60,246 nucleotides of DNA, taken from positions 1 through 60,246 of the IMG/VR virus record IMGVR_UViG_3300044833_000066; one strand, 5' to 3'. The notes under the pieces are model-generated. The model did no database searches. It worked only from the letters and a program-made list of their open reading frames with translations, and had not been told where the DNA came from. Within the stretch, counting starts at the first letter, position 1; every line of letters begins with the position of its first letter. This stretch comes from a virus (Duplodnaviria > Caudoviricetes). Positions 55,841 to 60,246 of the stretch are shown here, piece after piece. The position numbers and the translations under genes were made by a program.

Positions 55841-56731
55841 TCACGCCGCTGCCTTCGCCGACCGCGCCGCCGCCGCCTCGGCGAACGACCGCCCCGACGC
55901 CTCCAGCACCGCCTCGGCGCCGACGAACGCCTGCCAGCGCAGCACACCGACGTCGACGTAGGCCGGCGACAGTTCAATCGCCAGCACGAACCGCCCGGTC
56001 ATTTCACCCGCAATGATCGTCGTGCCCGAGCCGCAGAATGGCTCATACACCGCCTGGCCGACCGCGGAGTTGTTGACGATCGGGCGGCGCATGCACTCGA
56101 CCGGCTTCTGCGTCGAATGGCCGGTGTCGGATTTGATGTGCTCGATCATCCAGACCGTCGACTGCTTGCGGCTGCCGGTCCATTGGCCGGTCGCGCCGAC
56201 CCGCACGGCATAGTCCGCCACCTCATGCTCGGCGACGAACTGCCAATGGTCGTCCTCGCCCTCCTTGACCGCGAGGAACACCGGCTCGTGCTGCCAATGG
56301 TAGTCGCCGCGCGAAATCACCGGACGCGTTTTGACCCAGACGATCTGCGCCCGCAGCTTGAATCCACAACTCAAGATGCTCGAAGCGACGTCCACTCCGT
56401 ACAACGCAGCATGCCAGACATAGGCCACGGTGCCAGGGAACAGCGCCCAGGTGCGGCGCCAGTCTGCCTGGTCGTCATTCTCGAACTTGCCGGTGGCACG
56501 GCCACCGATGGGCGTGCCATCCTGCCTAATTCGCTCGTTACGCCAGTTGGCATCATACTCACCACCATACGGTGGATCGGTCACCATCAGATGCGGTTTG
56601 GCACCGCCCAGCGCTGCTGCGACCGATGCCTCGGTCGTGCTGTCGCCGCAGACCAGCCGGTGACCGCCGACCGGACGCGCCGCGAACGCCTTGCCGCAGC
56701 CGACGCACGTACAGCCGACCTCGCCGGTCAT
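55841..56731 (-). CDS. beta-class DNA methyltransferase B (DPPY, probably m6A)
   Basis: HRLVCGDST, VTDPPY, HSTQKP, EPFCGSGTT; ATGA-coupled. Confidence 0.9.
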   Translation of the reverse strand: MTGEVGCTCVGCGKAFAARPVGGHRLVCGDSTTEASVAAALGGAKPHLMVTDPPYGGEYDANWRNERIRQDGTPIGGRATGKFENDDQADWRRTWALFPGTVAYVWHAALYGVDVASSILSCGFKLRAQIVWVKTRPVISRGDYHWQHEPVFLAVKEGEDDHWQFVAEHEVADYAVRVGATGQWTGSRKQSTVWMIEHIKSDTGHSTQKPVECMRRPIVNNSAVGQAVYEPFCGSGTTIIAGEMTGRFVLAIELSPAYVDVGVLRWQAFVGAEAVLEASGRSFAEAAAARSAKAAA

Positions 56732-57720
56732 TCCGCCGCGACCTGCGCAGCAACCGCCTGGCCGAACGCCACACCGTCTGCCTCGCGCACCGCGACCTGC
56801 CCGGTGAACATCTGCCAACGCTGCACTGCCACGTCGACGTAGATCGCCGCGATCTCCATGCCGAAGCAACTCCGCCCGTTCATTTCCGCCGCGATGACGG
56901 TCGAGCCCGCGCCACAGAACGGCTCATAAAGCACGCCGCCGACGTCGCTATACGCCCGCAGCATCTCTGCCGGCAGCGCGACCGGGAACACCGCCGGATG
57001 CTTGACCTCCATCCCGCGCGCCTTGTGCCGCATGATCCGCACGACGCTATCGGGCCAATGACTGACCTCGTCGTCGGACAGGCTCAACAGCGCCATCATG
57101 AATTCATCGAGCCGCCGGAGAACGCGCACGACGCTATCGGGAATCTTGTGGGTTTGCAGAGACTTCCCCGGGCTGCTTATGCCGCTCATTGTTCCGTCAC
57201 GCCGCCGCATTCCATTGCCGTGGTCATTGAACTGAATTGACGCCGCAAGTTTTGCCTTTGTCTTGCGCGCCCGCTCGGCGACCCTGTTGAAATGGAAGAT
57301 GAACTCGTGCGCAGGCGCGAGGCGCCCGTTCCAGTCACCAGGCAGACCTGCGCCCTGGTCCCACACATACCAGCCGAAGCGCCGCCAGCCCTGCGACCGC
57401 ATCCAATCAATCCACCCGCCCCAGTACGGCATCCACTCGCCGTCGCGATGGATCATCCCGAGATTGACCAGCACCTGGCCGCCAGGACGCATCGGCAGAA
57501 GCGCGAACACACCCTGCATCAACGCATCCCACGAAGCGATCGACGCCGTGTAATCCCGCTGCTGGCCGTACGGTGGCGAGGTAAAGCAGAGATCCGCAGC
57601 GACGCCCGCCATCAGCACGCCGACATCCGCCGGCTTGGTGCTGTCGCCGCACATCACGCGATGGGCCCCGACCGGCTCGGCATCGAACACCGCGCCGCAC
57701 CCAGCACACGCGCACCTCAT
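56728..57720 (-). CDS. beta-class DNA methyltransferase A (SPPY, probably m4C)
   Basis: HRVMCGDST, FTSPPY, HPAVFP, EPFCGAGST; ATGA-coupled. Confidence 0.9.
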   Translation of the reverse strand: MRCACAGCGAVFDAEPVGAHRVMCGDSTKPADVGVLMAGVAADLCFTSPPYGQQRDYTASIASWDALMQGVFALLPMRPGGQVLVNLGMIHRDGEWMPYWGGWIDWMRSQGWRRFGWYVWDQGAGLPGDWNGRLAPAHEFIFHFNRVAERARKTKAKLAASIQFNDHGNGMRRRDGTMSGISSPGKSLQTHKIPDSVVRVLRRLDEFMMALLSLSDDEVSHWPDSVVRIMRHKARGMEVKHPAVFPVALPAEMLRAYSDVGGVLYEPFCGAGSTVIAAEMNGRSCFGMEIAAIYVDVAVQRWQMFTGQVAVREADGVAFGQAVAAQVAAE

Positions 57721-58322
57721 GCCCGCTTGACGCTCTGCACCAGCTGGCAGTGCGGACACGTCACCTTGCCGCCCAGCAGCCAGACGTCGCCAGGCTGCGA
57801 CACCGGAACCTCCGGCACCGGCGGCACATCGTCGGGATCGGTGAGCCCCACCTTGTCGCCAAACAGCCCCGCCAATTCGCCGGCATCAAATCCGATCAGC
57901 GACAGATCAAACCCGTCCTCGCGCAACGCGCCCAACTCCAGCCGGAGCAGATCCTCGTCCCACCCGGCATCGAGCGCCAGCTTGTTGTCGGCAATGACGT
58001 ACGCCCGCCGCTGCGCCGCAGAGAGGTGCGACAACTCCAGCGTAGGAACCGTCTCCATGGCCAGCTTCTGAGCCGCCAGGACTCTGCCGTGCCCCGCCAC
58101 GACCCCGTTTTTGCCATCGGTCAGGATGGGATTGGTAAACCCGAACTCCCGGATCGACGCCGCCAGCTTGTCGATCTGCGCCGGCGAATGCGTGCGCGGG
58201 TTTTTGTCGTACGCGACCAGACTGTCGACCCGCGCCACGACGTACGCCGGGAACCCCGGATCGGCAGGCGCGACGACTGGCGCCGGCGCCTTGGCCCGAC
58301 TCACTGCCGGCTTTTTGGTCAC
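57717..58322 (-). CDS. ParB/Srx-like N-terminal domain protein (MTase-associated type)
   Basis: NPRTHS..QI..LAASIREFGFTNPIL, AGHGR, IADNKLA, GDVWLLG. Confidence 0.9.
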   Translation of the reverse strand: MTKKPAVSRAKAPAPVVAPADPGFPAYVVARVDSLVAYDKNPRTHSPAQIDKLAASIREFGFTNPILTDGKNGVVAGHGRVLAAQKLAMETVPTLELSHLSAAQRRAYVIADNKLALDAGWDEDLLRLELGALREDGFDLSLIGFDAGELAGLFGDKVGLTDPDDVPPVPEVPVSQPGDVWLLGGKVTCPHCQLVQSVKRA

Positions 58323-58338
58323 GCTCAGATCCGCCGCG

Positions 58339-58500
58339 CTAAACCGGCCGGCCCAACGCCGCAGCGAGGCGAGCCGCTTCGGCTGTCATCCAATCTTCAA
58401 TCGCGTTCTGGATTTCCTGCGCCAACTCGGCTTTGAGCCGACGCGACGCCACCTCCGGCAAGAAATGCTCGGCAAGCTCCAGGCATTTTTCATCGTACAT
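58339..58500 (-). CDS. 53-aa hypothetical protein (not in ORF track)
   Basis: MYDEKCLELAEHFL...ELAQEIQNAIEDW. Confidence 0.6.
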   Translation of the reverse strand: MYDEKCLELAEHFLPEVASRRLKAELAQEIQNAIEDWMTAEAARLAAALGRPV

Positions 58501-58516
58501 TGTTGGCGTCTTCCAC

Positions 58517-58645
58517 TCAGAGCCACAGGAAGCGCAGCATGGGCGGCGCCGTGATCGCGAACAGCAGGAGCGGCACCATCGCGGCGATGATCACCCAGAA
58601 CACCGCCCACACCAGATCAGATAGCCGTCTCGTGGCCACGGCCAT
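58517..58645 (-). CDS. 42-aa membrane peptide
   Basis: LVWAVFWVIIAAMVPLLF hydrophobic segment. Confidence 0.4.
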   Translation of the reverse strand: MAVATRRLSDLVWAVFWVIIAAMVPLLLFAITAPPMLRFLWL

Positions 58646-58647
58646 TG

Positions 58648-58869
58648 TCACCCCTGCCCCCACGCTTCAGCCGCGCGCAACGCCGCCGCGGTGTGCTCCG
58701 GCTTCACTTCTGCCACGCGGACATTCTCCCGCACCATGGCCGCGCGAACCGCCGGCGAGGTCTGCAGCACGTCGCCGACGAACACATGACACCGGCCGCA
58801 GTACCTCTTGCCGACGTCATTGAGATTGTAGCTGGCAGAGTTGCAGAACGGACAGGTGAAAGCGGTCAT
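58648..58869 (-). CDS. small zinc-finger protein
   Basis: FTCPFC...YCGRCH; GAGGA SD. Confidence 0.7.
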   Translation of the reverse strand: MTAFTCPFCNSASYNLNDVGKRYCGRCHVFVGDVLQTSPAVRAAMVRENVRVAEVKPEHTAAALRAAEAWGQG

Positions 58870-58903
58870 GACAGATCCTCGCGCGCGCCCGCCAGAGCGC
58901 AAT

Positions 58904-59140
58904 TTAGTCCTCGACCTCTGCTTCGATCGACAAATAGCGCGCCGGTTTGGCCGGCGGATTGCGGATCAACGTGGCGATCGCCCGCAGCCACTCAGCCAGC
59001 GGCGCGTCGACCGGATGCCTGCCGCGCGCCTGCTTGCGGGTGCGCGCCGTATCCCGCCCGGCAAACTCAGCCAGCATCTGCTGCGACCAGCCCAGCAGGT
59101 CGAGAATTTCACGCAGCTCAGTCGGATCCATCTCGGGCAT
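58904..59140 (-). CDS. XRE-like HTH protein
   Basis: ELREILDLLGWSQQMLA...AEWL. Confidence 0.7.
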   Translation of the reverse strand: MPEMDPTELREILDLLGWSQQMLAEFAGRDTARTRKQARGRHPVDAPLAEWLRAIATLIRNPPAKPARYLSIEAEVED

Positions 59141-59174
59141 GGACCGGACCCTAGCCTGCAGGACGCCGCCACGC

Positions 59175-59381
59175 CTAGTGGTACAAATTGCGAAACCACT
59201 GACCCGGGTGCGCCGAGGCCTCGACCGCAGCCCGGCGCGAGGCAAACCCGACCCGACTTTGATGGCCCTCGAGCAAACACCACCGCAGCGCCGGGTTCGC
59301 TGCCTTGAACGCCCGGCACGCGATACCGCCGCGGACGAACCTGACCGCGCCCTCCTCGCCATACCGGTGAAATTTGATCAT
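59175..59381 (-). CDS. hypothetical protein
   Basis: ORF divergent from AT-rich 59410-59505 region. Confidence 0.4.
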   Translation of the reverse strand: MIKFHRYGEEGAVRFVRGGIACRAFKAANPALRWCLLEGHQSRVGFASRRAAVEASAHPGQWFRNLYH

Positions 59382-59430
59382 GGCTGAGATTTCCATGCGT
59401 TCCACGTCGCGACATGCCCGTTACGAAGTC

Positions 59431-59471
59431 TTGACACCACCGTAATCTAATGCATCATCATCGTTAACGAT
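59431..59471 (+). promoter_or_regulatory. putative promoter with palindrome
   Basis: TTGACA at 59431; ATCGTTAACGAT palindrome at 59460-59471. Confidence 0.5.
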
Positions 59472-59505
59472 CTAACCGCCCCGCCCAATAAAAGGAACGT
59501 TTCCA

Positions 59506-59721
59506 GTGAAATACGCCATCGCCAGCGGGTATGGGGAAATTCTCTTTTTAACGACCAACGATACGGTAACCGAGCAGGCGGACGATCCCGCCATCCAGAC
59601 CTTCGATCGCTATGACGCAGCCCTCGACTGGATCAGCCGCCGATCGCGGTCCTCCCGCGTGCTGTGCGCGCTATCGCCGATCGTCTGTCCCTACCCCGCG
59701 ATAGGAGACGACCACCGGTGA
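59506..59721 (+). CDS. hypothetical protein
   Basis: AAGGA SD; coupled to next gene. Confidence 0.5.
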   Translation: MKYAIASGYGEILFLTTNDTVTEQADDPAIQTFDRYDAALDWISRRSRSSRVLCALSPIVCPYPAIGDDHR

Positions 59722-60246
59722 GCGTGCTGCGCAGGCTGACCGACTACAGCGATCCGAACTCCTGGGGATCGCGCATCCGCCGCCGCCGCACCGCGCAGCT
59801 GCGCACGATGATCGAAACCTACTCCCGGCGCCAGCCCGGGCCGGTGCGCATCATCGACATGGGCGGCGAGGCGTCATACTGGCAGATTTTCGGCGATGCG
59901 TGGCTGGAAGCGCACCGGGTCAAAATCGATCTGGTCAACCTCTACGACGAAAAACTGCCGGTAAACCCGAACCCTCTTGTGTATTCGCTGCGCGTGGCGG
60001 ACTGCTGCGACCTGAGCGACATTGCCGACAAGTCGTATGATATTGCCCACAGCAATTCCGTGGTGGAGCATTTGACCAACTGGCGGCAGATGGAGCAGTT
60101 TGCCCGCAACGCCCGCCGGGTGGCGCGGAGCTATTACCATCAGACACCGAATTTTTGGTTTCCGGTCGAGCCGCATTTCGGGTTCGTCGGGTTCCAACTG
60201 CTGCCCGAGAGTATGCGCGCCAACCTGAGTCTGCGCCGGCCGCTGG
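59718..60246 (+). CDS. class I SAM-dependent methyltransferase (partial, runs off window)
   Basis: IIDMGG, YDIAHSNSVVEH, QTPNFWFPVEPHF; AGGAG SD; absent from ORF track because no stop codon. Confidence 0.8.
   Translation, partial: MSVLRRLTDYSDPNSWGSRIRRRRTAQLRTMIETYSRRQPGPVRIIDMGGEASYWQIFGDAWLEAHRVKIDLVNLYDEKLPVNPNPLVYSLRVADCCDLSDIADKSYDIAHSNSVVEHLTNWRQMEQFARNARRVARSYYHQTPNFWFPVEPHFGFVGFQLLPESMRANLSLRRPL

Larger units (their letters stand above)
1..60246. mobile_element. Temperate tailed phage genome (podovirus-like), near complete, non-integrated gene order
   Basis: Terminase, portal, capsid, tail, lysis, CI/Cro, replication and recombination genes fill the window; no host housekeeping genes and no integrase seen. 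Confidence 0.95.

Noticed and set aside
57717-57759. Programmed frameshift fusing ParB to MTase A
   Set aside because: The MTase frame is open for only 13 codons upstream, no slippery heptamer was seen, and a clean ATGA overlap repeated at MTase B favours translational coupling; not formally excluded

Overview
The window is an almost complete, circularly permuted genome of a GC-rich temperate tailed phage with podovirus-type morphogenesis genes. No host genes are visible. The host is probably an alphaproteobacterium, inferred from GapR-, DUF3309-, DUF3489- and DUF6456-like genes. Layout: (i) leftward early operon 6260->722 with Cro, GapR/RMF-like fusion, RuvC, HTH replication initiator carrying an iteron origin, radical SAM and a DUF6456-like gene; (ii) CI and the rightward accessory/recombination region 6359->16435 (Gp157, ERF, MarR, many small ORFs); (iii) a long leftward late region 58.9k->16.86k with ParB-like protein, two DNA methyltransferases, TerS, TerL, polyvalent ART-like protein, portal, scaffold, major capsid, tail/receptor-binding proteins, ejection proteins, GH26 glycanase and lysozyme, interrupted by opposite-strand islands of small genes. 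Main candidates for new biology: (1) there is a CI/Cro switch but no integrase, and instead a XerC/D dif-like site (13064-13091) sits next to an RHH gene with phased GCAAACC repeats and nested repeat-bounded cassettes, suggesting host-Xer-dependent integration or plasmid-like lysogeny; (2) a ParB-methyltransferase is split at its usual WLLG|HR junction, with complementary CxxC half zinc sites on one ParB subunit and two alternative (SPPY and DPPY) catalytic subunits; (3) arrays of small genes share identical leader or junction repeats. All family assignments come from motif recognition by eye; no searches were run.
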